DNA from: Octopus sinensis
Lineage: Eukaryota
NCBI RefSeq assembly: GCF_006345805.1
Contig: NC_043012.1
Span: 56,854,001-56,918,000 of the forward strand
DNA: 64,000 bases
Direction of reading: 5' to 3'
Part shown: piece by piece, positions 53,145-62,904 of the stretch
How positions within the stretch are numbered: the first letter of the stretch is position 1
Layout of the letters: every line of letters starts with the position of its first letter
Made by a program: the position numbers and the translations under genes
Notes under the pieces: model-generated
The model's input: the letters and a program-made list of their open reading frames with translations, nothing else
The model's database searches: none
Told to the model about the DNA's origin: nothing

Positions 53145-53748
53145 TGATAATATTAACAATGGTTTCTAAGGCAGTGAGCTGGCAGAATCATTAGCATGCT
53201 GCACAAAATGCTTAGTGGCATTTTGTCCATCTTTACATTCTGAGTTCAAATTCTGCTCAGGTTGTTCTTGCCTTTCATCATTTCAGGGTTGATAAAATAA
53301 GTACCAGTAGAGCACAGGAGTCGATGTAAATGACTACCTCCTTCTTCCTCAATTTCAGGCTTTGTGCCTACGGCAGAAAGGAGTATTAATGATTTCTAAT
53401 TTAGGCACAAGGCCAGCAAATTCTGAGGGGAGTGGCATAATCAATTAGGTTTATGTTCCTGATTGGTACTTCACTTTATCAACCCTGAAAGGATAAAAGT
53501 CCGAGTTGATTTCAGTGGGATTTGAATGGGGTACATGATAAACCAGAACAAATAATAACAGGCATTTTTTCTGATTCTCTAATGACTCTACCAACCCACT
53601 TTTAATCCTTTTTATCTTCTTTATCTTTAAGAAGTCTTTTTAAACTCTAAATTATGTATATCCTGTTTTGTATAAAAACCTTGCAGATCCTGTCTTGTAC
53701 AATAGCCTATCACCTTGAAAAGAATATACTGGAAACTTAAGGCAGTCA

Positions 53749-53780
<32 letters not shown>

Positions 53781-54928
53781 CATATAAGTACTACTATTAT
53801 TACAAGGCCTAACATGAGATATACGTTAGTTAATTTTGTATTAACGATAAGCCCTAACACTGCTGTGAATACTTAACAAATTGAATCTAGGGTTGCAGTT
53901 TTGTTTCCTTATTAAAATGGTTTTGATTAACCCTTTTGTTACTATATTTCTTTTGAAATATTAAAAGAATCTGAGCAAATTTACTTTTGCTGGTGTAAGG
54001 CAGTGAGCTGGCAGAATCGTTAGCGCTCTGGGTAAAGTGCTTTGCAGCATTTCATTTGTCTTTATGTTCTGAGTTAAAGTTCTGCTGTGGCTGACTTTAC
54101 CTTTCACCCTTTTAGGGTTGATAAAATATGCATGAGTTGAGCACGGAGGTTGATATAATCAACTTACCCCTTTCCCTGAAATTATTGACCTTAGGCCAAA
54201 AATAGAAACTATTGTTAAGCTAGCATTTGAGACAAAAATTAACATGAAATTTTGATGGAAAGTTTTAATTTTGATTACTTTAAAACAGGAATTTTGTATT
54301 ATAGTGTCAGGGGTCATCTCAGGTGGATTGGCATCAAAAGGGTTAGATGACACTAACCCCTGCGCACTGCTTAGGTTGGCATTTTCTTGTAGCAGGTGTT
54401 GTAGGATTACCTTAAACTGGCTTTATCCAGCCTCTCACACTTACTCAAATATGTTAGTCTAGAAAATAAAGTAACATAACTGAAATATCAAGGCTACAAG
54501 ATGATAGCAGGATAAGTTTAAAACAATGTGAATAAAGAAGCGTTACACTTGACAGAATAATCTGAACGCTAAAGGGTTAAAGTTTCCAAGTGTGACTCCT
54601 GTCAGGTTTATAAATGAAATACTGTTAGTATAATAGTTAACAATAAAGTGGCTATGAAACAATACCGACATTTTCTTTGAATATAATGTTGCACAGATAA
54701 TATCAACCCTGTTTTATCTGTTGATTGCATTGATTACTGCATTGTGTCATCAACATTCCGGCCATCATTTGATGCATGTACAATAAGTTTTGTTTGCTTA
54801 GCCTTTTATTTTCACATTCCCTAATTCAACAAATATTCTACACCTGTATACTTGGGTAAATGTTGCTGCTTTTGTGGGTGGTGAAATGTCTCAGTCAACA
54901 GGAATTACCATTCTGTTATGAGCATTAA

Positions 54929-55148
54929 CCCTTTCTTTACCAACCTGGCTGAAACCGGCTCTGGTTCTGAATACAAATGTCTTGTTTTCATAAGTTTCCA
55001 AATAAAATCTTCCACCAAACCTTAGTCACAATTTATATTCCTAACACTAGCTAAATGATAACTAAGTTATTTTAGTAAATTCTTTGTTATATTTAAAGTA
55101 ATTGAAAGAAACACAGATCATCTCAAAAGAAATACGGTAACAAAATGG
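54929..55148. mobile_element. piggyBac-type MITE family P1
   Basis: TTAA flanks; collinear with 21271-21490. Confidence 0.75.
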
Positions 55149-55838
55149 TTAATAAATTGTTTATTTACAGTTTCATTGTGATAACATATTGAGTCCCCCT
55201 GCCTGAAATATTTTGGTATAAAATTTGTCACTCATTTTATCCCTGCCCCTCAAGCACATTTGATAGTTATTCATAACAGTCATGAAATTAAACATATTTA
55301 ATGTTTTTATATAGAAATGATGAAAGTATGACTTGTTACTCTGTGAGATTAGATGTTATTATCAGACTTTATAATCTCTCATCTCTTGGTACAACACAAC
55401 CTCCCTCACTGCTGCCCCCCCCCTCCTCAGTTGGCAGGGTTTGTCTTCTGGGTTACTTCTGGGTGACCTCAACTAGTGCTGGGGCCCTGTAAAAAGCACC
55501 TAATACACTCTGTGAAGTGGTTGGTGTTAGGAAGGGCATCCAGCCATAGAAACCACCATGCCAACGTAGACACTGAAACTTGGCACAGTCTTTGGCTGAT
55601 CAGTACCTGTCAAATGTCCAGCCTATGTCAGCATGGAAAACGTTTAACGATCATAGTGATGATGAAAACCAGTTATGGCTAGTGTGAGCTGATAGCTATG
55701 TCTTGAATGTAGCCAAATTTAACAAGTCTGTCAAAGAGTTATACATGATGATAACCAATTATAAATATATGAACAAAAGCAAAAATGTATTTGGTGATTG
55801 TTATATATTTACCTTTTTCTCCTTTTATTTTTTTACAG

Positions 55839-55942
55839 ATGATTCCAGTGATAGAAAAATCTTGGGTGTTGGATATCACATACAAGCAGTTAGTGAAGTC
55901 AGTCACATACCAGTTGAACATTTCTACTGTTCTGACTAAAGA
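55839..55942 (+). other. 5' UTR portion of the first coding exon
   Basis: Strong pyrimidine tract + TTACAG acceptor ending 55838; in-frame stop TAA before the main ATG. A weaker alternative acceptor (AAAG, 55941) is possible. Confidence 0.65.
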
Positions 55943-55946
55943 ATGA
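55839..55946 (+). other. Candidate uORF, 35 aa (MIPVIEKSWVLDITYKQLVKSVTYQLNISTVLTKE); its TGA overlaps the main ATG (ATGA)
   Basis: ATG is the first triplet after the acceptor; 35 open codons; TGA at 55944-55946. Confidence 0.45.
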
Positions 55947-56717
55947 AGGAACAATTTAGTGCTGCTCTGATTAATCACACCACACAAATGAAACCAACAT
56001 TCCCTGCTGGCATCCCTGCCAATATGCATTGCACTCCTGTTACCACTCTTGGGGCATTTACCACTACTCAGGTGTTGTCTCCAGTCTACTTACCTGCTAA
56101 CTTTCCAGGCTTCTCACAACAGGTATTTACTAATAACCAACTGTTTGTGAGTACTCCGCCCACTGTAGTTTTGCAGCCTAATTTCCAGTGTCTACAGAGC
56201 ATTCCTACTGCTAGTCTGACCAATACATTCCCAGCTGTCAACGCGATAGAGCCCGTGTCGACTACAAATGTAGAGGCTGCTGATGAACCAGTGTTGCTTG
56301 AGGAGGACCCCAATGAGGAGTTGGTGATTACAAATTCCAAAGAGCAGAACTACGAACAGAACCGAGAAGAAACGGAAGTGGGAAGTTCTGTATGTGAAGA
56401 AGGGAAAGACGAAGTGTCTGTCGACCTCGACTCGGACGCTTCCTGTGAGATTTGCCCCGACACTGACAACAAGTCTGTCGACTCGGTCATACTGACCGAG
56501 AAGTACGACCAGTTTGTGTCGTCTGAGTCTCCGGTCTCCGAGAATGTTGAAGAGGAAGAGGAGGAGGAGGACGAAGAAGAAGAGGAAGAGGAAGATGAGG
56601 AAGATTATACCGAAGAGATAAGTAGTCAGAATCCCAGTGAAGTACCAGTCTCTCCGAGTGGCTCTGAAGAAATTCCTGATCCTCACTGTAACCTGGACAT
56701 GTGTGAAGATACAGAAG
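55943..56717 (+). CDS. SFMBT: SFMBT-like gene, first coding exon (258 codons + 1 nt; low-complexity P/T/Q-rich then acidic N-terminal region)
   Basis: ATG at 55943 is preceded by an in-frame TAA and has A at -3. The frame is open to donor GAAG|GTAATA at 56717/56718. Phase 1 matches the next exon (G+AT = Asp). The ORF-track tail GNSPFY... is intronic read-through. Confidence 0.8.
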
Positions 56718-56781
56718 GTAATAGTCCCTTTTATTGTTTCTTTGACATTCCTTTACCTTTTTATTCTTTTATTTGTTTGTC

Positions 56782-57145
56782 ATTTTGACTGCGGCCATGC
56801 TGGAGCACCACCTTTAGTCAAACAAATCAATCCCAAGACTTACTCTTTGTAAGCCTAGTACTTTTTCTATTGGTCTCTTTTGCTGAACTGCTAAGTTATG
56901 GGGACGTAAACACACCAACATTGGTTGTCAAGCGAAGGTGGTGGGGACAAACACAGATACACAAATATATGCACATATATATATATATGACGGGCTTCTT
57001 TCAGTTTCCGTCTATCAAATCCACTCACAAGACTTTGGTCAGCCTGAGGCTAAAGTAGAAGACACTTGCACAAGGTGCCGCAGGGTGGAAGTGAACCTAG
57101 AACCATGTGGTTGGTAAGCAAGCTACTTACCACACAGCCACTCCT
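56782..57145 (-). mobile_element. Family A SINE just after coding exon 1
   Basis: Collinear with other family A copies. Confidence 0.88.
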
Positions 57146-57724
57146 GTGTCTATTTTTCTCTTTTTATAAAAAGCACCGAATACACTGTCTAAAGTGGTTG
57201 GCATTAGGAAGGGTATCCAATCCTAGCAACCATGCCAAAACAGACACCTGGAGCCTGGTGCAACCATCCAGCTTGTTAGCTGCTGTCAAATCGTCCAGGC
57301 TGTGCCAGCATGGAAAACGGATGTTAAATGATGATGATTATGATAAATGTGTGATAAACCCCATGAGAAGTACTTTCAAAAGCCAGTGTTTTGTTAATGC
57401 AAGTTCCATGGCTTTAACCCTTTTATTATCAGTATTCTGTTGAAATAAGGTGGTGAGCTGGCAGAATTATTACCATGCCAGGAAAGCTGCTTAGTGGCAT
57501 TTCTTCTGACTTTCCGTTCTGAGTTCAAATGCAACTGGGGTTGATAAAATAGGCACCACTGGGGGCTGATGTAATCGACTTATCCTTCCCCTGTAATTGC
57601 TAGGTTTGTGCCAAAATTTGAAATCAATATTTCCGTTGAAAAACACTGCCTTCATCTCAGTTAACTTTGAAATTAATAAAAAGATTTAGTAAAATAACTT
57701 TTCTTTAATACGTTGGTGTTTCGA

Positions 57725-58060
57725 ACATCATCATCATCATTTAACGTCTGCTTACCATGCTAGCATGGGTTGGACAATTTGACTGAGGTCTGGCGAACCA
57801 GACTCCAATCTGATCTGGCAGAGTTTCTACTGCTGGATGCCCTTCCTAATGCCAACCACTCCGAGAGTGTAGTGGGTGCTTTTATGTGCCACCGACACGA
57901 GGGCCAGTTTGGTGGTACTGGCAATGGCCACGCCCAAATGGTGCTTTTTATGTGCCAGCGGCACTGGTGACGACCTTGCTCAAATGTTTCACGTGCCACC
58001 AGCACAAGTGCTAGTAAGGCGATGCGGTAATGATCATGCTTGAATGGTGTGTTTAACGTG
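57725..58060 (-). mobile_element. Family C retroposon with internal ACGTGCCAC(C) subrepeats
   Basis: Reverse-complement match. Confidence 0.75.
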
Positions 58061-58404
58061 CCAAAATTGGCTGCAAAATTGTTAATAATATATCCAGTGT
58101 CAGCAGGAAATATATGTGTTAACTATAACCATAGAAGCTACTGATGAGACAACTGCTTGAGGAGAACACCAGTCAGAAATGTAGAACTATGAGCACAGCT
58201 GAGGATAAATGAAAGTGGGAAGTCCCGTATGCAGAGAAGAGGAGGGCACGGTGTTTGTTGATCGTGATGGGGATTATTTTCAGTTCAGTTATTAAATACA
58301 ATACCACCATGATTTTTGTAAGATGGGTAATAAGGGTGTATTGTTAAATCATTCAACGTCAGTATATTACAGGTGTTTTATTGAGCTAACAAAAGATCTT
58401 TACA

Positions 58405-58570
58405 TAGTTGCTTAACCTGCTAGAAATAGCAGCCAAATCTCCTGTTTACACCTTACTTAGCAAAAGACACATTGTATAATATATTCCTGGTGCACTTATG
58501 TCCTTGCGAAAAGGCACCTTTGACCATAAGGGCTACTCGATCAGGTCTGATAAGTGGTGGTGGTTGTAAA
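58405..58570 (+). repeat. Old dispersed repeat family G (representative copy; many others, e.g. near 6060-6260 minus, 9355, 11225, 22800, 27550, 34815-35345, 36725, 47215)
   Basis: Recurring CTGCTAGAAATAGCAGCCAAATCT...GGATGGTCA.GGCTGGAATG...GACC.GGGGCTAAACAAC; class not determined. Confidence 0.65.
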
Positions 58571-58704
58571 TAACAACAAAAACTATTGCAGTTTATTTTA
58601 TACATTTGAAATTCACCCATAATTTTATATAGATTTCATTGTAATCTATTTGTCTGACTAATTTTTGTAATGTTTTTGTTCTTTTTTTTTTTTAATATCT
58701 CTAG

Positions 58705-58802
58705 ATGGTCTACTAGAGACTTACGAGGAACCAGACTTTGTGTGGGAGGAATATCTTCAGGAGACTGGAGCTCTAGAAGTGCCACCAACAGCATTCAAAC
58801 AT
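58705..58802 (+). CDS. SFMBT: SFMBT-like coding exon 2, start of MBT repeat 1 (DGLLETYEEPDFVWEEYLQETGALEVPPTAFKH)
   Basis: Polypyrimidine tract + CTAG acceptor; donor CAT|GTAAGT; 98 nt, phase 1 to 0. Matches vertebrate SFMBT2 [22 protein letters not shown] as recalled. Confidence 0.93.
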
Positions 58803-59044
58803 GTAAGTAGAATATGTCTGACAGCAAAACTATTGTAGAAATATTTTGTTATCATTGTGTACTGTAATGTAGCAATATAAAATTGTGGTGGCATGGCTCT
58901 ATGGTAAATAAGAAGCTTGTCTTGCAATGACTGGTTAGATTCCATTGGGTGTAATCTTAGACATCTTCTTTCGACCATGCTCTGGTGATAAGGCCTCGTG
59001 AGTGAAGTTTGGTAGACATGACTGTGGAAACCTGCCAACACAAG

Positions 59045-59311
59045 ACCACTTAGTGAAATCATCACAGAATGAAGATTAAAAGCTGCAGGTCACATACTCT
59101 ATGTACCAGAACAACACCATTTCTGAAGACAACTTTCAAATGGACACAACTGGAGGAAAAAAAAAAAGAGGAGGACCGAAAACTACATGATGCAGAACAT
59201 TCATAACTGACATGAGAAAGACCAATACTACATGGGTGGATGCAGAGAAAAACTACAGCCAGCTGAAATCAGTGGCATCAGCTTGCTCCCTATTGTGCTC
59301 AAGAACACAGG
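59045..59311 (+). mobile_element. Degraded RTE-type LINE ORF2 C-terminal fragment
   Basis: Frameshifted RLKAAGHIL...KTTFKWT...KRGGPKTT*CRT...TTW..A...NQW.QL..YCAQEHRRN*; internal stops consistent with CpG decay. Confidence 0.6.
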
Positions 59312-59329
59312 AGGAACTGATATGGGTAT

Positions 59330-59690
59330 TTACATCATCATCGTTTAACGTCCGTTTTCCATGTTAGCATGGGTTGGACGGTTCAACTGGGGTCTGGGAA
59401 GCCTGAAGGCTGCACCAGGCCCGGTCAGATCTGGCAGTGTTTCTACAGCTGGATGCCCTTCCTAACGCCAACCACTCTGTGAGTGTAGTGGGTGCTTTTT
59501 ACATGCCACCGACACAGGTGCCAGACGAGGCTGGCGAACGGCCACGCTCGGATGTTGCTTTTACGTGCCACCGGCACGGAGGCCACGATCAGATGGTGTT
59601 TGTTACATGCCACCGGCATGGCGGCCAGGCGGTGTGGCGCTGGCTACGGCCACATTCGGATGGTTCTCTTATGTGCCACCGGGCCTGGTC
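59330..59690 (-). mobile_element. Family C retroposon with internal subrepeats
   Basis: Reverse-complement match. Confidence 0.78.
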
Positions 59691-60479
59691 AGAAAATTTA
59701 GTCATTTCTGTAACCTCAAATTCCTAAGTATGCTAAATGCATTCCTTTTTAAATCTAATTCACGGAATATTTTTTAAACTTTAAGAGAGTGCTTGGATTT
59801 TCTTGATACAGTAAAGATTATGGGCGGTATAAGGATCAGTTTATCCTTAAAAAATCTAAGTTTCTAACAGTTGTTAGTATCTAATTAATTCAAAATGATT
59901 ACATTGGCTCATATGGCTCAACATTGCTTCTTGACTCCTGTATAAGCCACCATGTCCTTTATTAAACTGAAAATTGAAAGTCTATATAATTAGTTTGCCA
60001 ACTGAATCTGTTAAATTTCCCTCAGCACCCTATTTAACAGTATGAGTATTAGGAGCTTGAGTTTGTAAGGAAATTTATATACAGTCACTACAATATATTA
60101 TTTGTCTTATAAATGCTGCCCCATTTTAAACTTCTAAATCTGAGGAATAACATGCTCCCACAGTCAAAGGATTAGATGATTGCAGTGAGAACAACAGTTC
60201 TATATGAGAAATTCAACTAACATGCCCGGCCTTTTATATCTACACTCATTTACTCACAGTTACACACAAATCTATAACTTGTCTGACCCTTTCATGACTG
60301 GATTTCTAGTGAAGCACACTGTGTTTCGAGTAATTTTGAATGTTGAGAATTTTGATAAAACTTTAGTAAGATAGCTTTGTCATAATGAAATTGGTATTTG
60401 GAACATAGCAAAAGGGTCTTATATAAAATTATGCTGCAGGGATCTTGATTACACTTGAACCCTTGAAATAAACAGCTTT

Positions 60480-60910
60480 ATAATAATAAGGCCTGAAATT
60501 TTGAGGCAGGGGGTTAGTTGATTATACCAACCCCAGTGCTCAGCTGGTACTTATTTTATTGACTCCAAAAGGATGAAAAGCAAAGTTGACTAGAGCGGAA
60601 TTTGAACTCAGAACATAAAGATGGATGAAATGCCACTATGCATTTTGTCTGGCGTGCTAACGATTCTGCCAGCTTGCTACCTTAATAATAATAATAATAA
60701 TAATAATTTCAAAATTTGACACAAGGCCAGCGATGTCAAGGAAGGGTTCAAGTCAGTTATGTCAACACTTCCCACTTCAGTGCTCAACTAGTACTTATTT
60801 GTTGACCGCACAAGGGTGAAAGGTGAAGTTGATCATGGTGGAATTTGTACACAGAATGTAGCAATGGACGAAATGCCACTTAGCAGTTCGCCCGGCTTGC
60901 TGCCTTAGTA
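60480..60910 (-). mobile_element. Two adjacent family B SINE copies separated by (AAT)n
   Basis: Reverse-complement matches. Confidence 0.7.
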
Positions 60911-61914
60911 TAATAATAACAATGATGATAATTGTTGTTGCAAGGCCAAAACTTTTGAGACGAGTATTGTGCAAGTAGATTACATCGACTCCAGAACTTG
61001 CCTGGTATTTATGTTATGAACTTTGACTTCCATGTGCACTTTCTCACCAAAAATAGTATTATATTGTTAATCTTCAAGACAGACGTATCTCATTGAAAAA
61101 CTATTAATAATATACTTCAGATTTTTATATCTGATACTTTGGAAATAAAAATAATTGTTTTATGTTGAACAACAACAAAAGAAGAAAAAAAACTCCTTTT
61201 AATACCATTCCACTTGAAATGGTCCCCCACAACCTTTCCTCTTTATGGCTCTTTTGCTGTTCACATTTCTTGTCTTCTCATATTTTCTCTTGTGTATTGC
61301 ATGTGCCCTTTGAGCTAGTGTTGCTGCCTTGCTTTACTAGATTTGTTACTGCCTTTTGTCCCCTTTTTTACCCTTTTCCAACAAGTTGTAGTGTATCTGG
61401 GCATGGTACAATGAGCTCATTATTATAATTATTATCAATTATTATTATTGAGTGAGAGAGCAGTGCATGCCATCAAAGTGACACTGGGGTAAAATATACG
61501 AAGCCCAGTATACCCATCATGACTACCCGTCTGATAAGGGTATACTAGGCACATGAATCACAACCATATGTGCGCAACATGGTGATCTCATATCAAAATA
61601 AAGAGCACATGACCATGCAGGTAGGGCCCAGTTAGAATTTTCTTCTGGTTGAGTAACCCATCCTGCTCAAAAAGTCCCTGAATAAGGGTTGTTTAAGGAT
61701 GTTGAATGAAACACCCATGTTTCCAGAGGTGAATTATTCAAACCCTGTTATTATTATTATTATTATTATTATTGAGGTAGGGAACTAGCAGAATAGTTAG
61801 CACATGGGTAAAACATCGGCTGTTGTTTGTTTTTTAATGAGTACAGCTCCAAGCAACTTCAGTACTAGTGCTTATTTCCTACCATTGTTGATTTTATATA
61901 TATATGTGTGTGTG

Positions 61915-61961
<47 letters not shown>

Positions 61962-61973
61962 TATATATATTTT

Positions 61974-62026
61974 AACAAAACTGTCTGATGAATGGGAATC
62001 TGAAACTCTGGGTAACAGCTTTTGTT
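61974..62026 (+). ncRNA. Minimal type-I hammerhead motif, family H1 (tandem unit 1)
   Basis: Stem I AACAAAA-CUGU / ACAG-(C)-UUUUGUU (11 bp); canonical CUGAUGA at 61985-61991; GAAA; A-CUC-U-GGG-U; GUA site after 62014; stem II (AUGGGAAUCU) is weak. Confidence 0.6.
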
Positions 62027-62155
62027 ATATTTCTGCTGCTTTTAAATGAAGCATATTACTCTACCTCTGGTATTTGAGTACTCTTTTATATATATATATG
62101 ATAGATCGTTAGCTCCTACACGCATTTTTTTCTCTCTCCTTTTTTTTTCTGTGTA

Positions 62156-62193
62156 TCTTTCTGTCGAAGAGCGTAGGTTCGAAACGTAAAAGA
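62156..62193 (+). ncRNA. Minimal hammerhead-like motif, family H2 (tandem unit 1)
   Basis: Stem I UCUUU/AAAGA; core CUGUCGA (A6U) plus an extra A; stem II GAGC-GUAG-GUUC; GAAA; ACGU palindromic stem III; GUA site after 62188. Confidence 0.5.
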
Positions 62194-62306
62194 CTTGTTC
62201 TATCTCTATTCCTGAGCGCCATACTAATACATTTGTTTGTTTGTACTCCACCTGCCTTCGTCTTTTGTTTATTTTCGTAAACCTTCCCGTTATATATATA
62301 TATTTT

Positions 62307-62359
62307 AACAAAACTGTCTGATGAATGGGAATCTGAAACTCTGGGTAACAGCTTTTGTT
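62307..62359 (+). ncRNA. Minimal type-I hammerhead motif, family H1 (tandem unit 2)
   Basis: Identical to 61974-62026, shifted by 333 nt. Confidence 0.58.
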
Positions 62360-62489
62360 ATATTTCTGCTGCTTTTAAATGAAGCATATTACTCTACCTC
62401 TGGTATTTGAGTACTCTTTTATATATATATATGATAGATCGTTAGCTCCTACACGCATTTTTTTCTCTCTCCTTTTTTTTTTCTGTGTA

Positions 62490-62527
62490 TCTTTCTGTCG
62501 AAGAGCGTAGGTTCGAAACGTAAAAGA
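62490..62527 (+). ncRNA. Minimal hammerhead-like motif, family H2 (tandem unit 2)
   Basis: Identical to 62156-62193. Confidence 0.5.
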
Positions 62528-62663
62528 CTTGTTCTATCTCTATTCCTGAGCGCCATACTAATACATTTGTTTGTTTGTACTCCACCTGCCTTCGTCTTTT
62601 GTTTATTTTCGTAAACCTTCCCGTTATATATATATATTTTAACTTTATTTTATTTAATTTCAG

Positions 62664-62904
62664 GTTGAGTGCAGCTTACAGAGTGGTTTTGTGAAGGGGA
62701 TGAAGTTAGAAGTTGCAGTGAAGTCCACTCCTGACACATATTGGGTGGCTTCGGTTATCATGACTTGTGGCCCTCTTCTCCGTCTTCGTTACGATGGTTA
62801 TGGTGACGATGGATCAGCCGATTTTTGGCATGATCTTACTGCCTCAGAAATACACAGTATTGGCTGGTGTGCCCAAAATAATAAAACACTAATGCCTCCT
62901 GATG
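62664..62904 (+). CDS. SFMBT: SFMBT-like coding exon 3, MBT repeat 1 ([80 protein letters not shown]); gene continues beyond the window
   Basis: TTTCAG acceptor; GATG|GTAAAT donor; 241 nt. MBT signature GMKLE..YW.A.....G..L.LRY.G...DFW.....H..GWC, collinear with recalled SFMBT2 [43 protein letters not shown]. Confidence 0.96.

Larger units (their letters stand above)
61962..62643 (+). repeat. Tandem duplication, period 333/334 bp; each unit = H1 module + (TA)n + H2 module + (TA)n
   Basis: The two units are identical except one T in a poly-T run; the block ends 20 nt before the exon at 62664. Confidence 0.9.

Noticed and set aside
55703-55939. 78-aa ORF in frame with the SFMBT start
   Set aside because: It begins in intronic sequence, crosses the acceptor at 55838 and ends in TAA before the ATG.
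56192-56686. 164-aa and 84-aa minus-strand ORFs
   Set aside because: Antisense shadows of the SFMBT acidic exon.
56718-56788. C-terminal GNSPFYCF... of the 281-aa ORF
   Set aside because: Intron read-through past the donor at 56718, into a SINE tail.
61450-61745. Probable further repeat between (ATT)n tracts
   Set aside because: Single copy in the window and no diagnostic termini, so it could not be classified.
61962-62643. CRISPR-like array
   Set aside because: Eukaryotic context, only two long identical units and no unique spacers.
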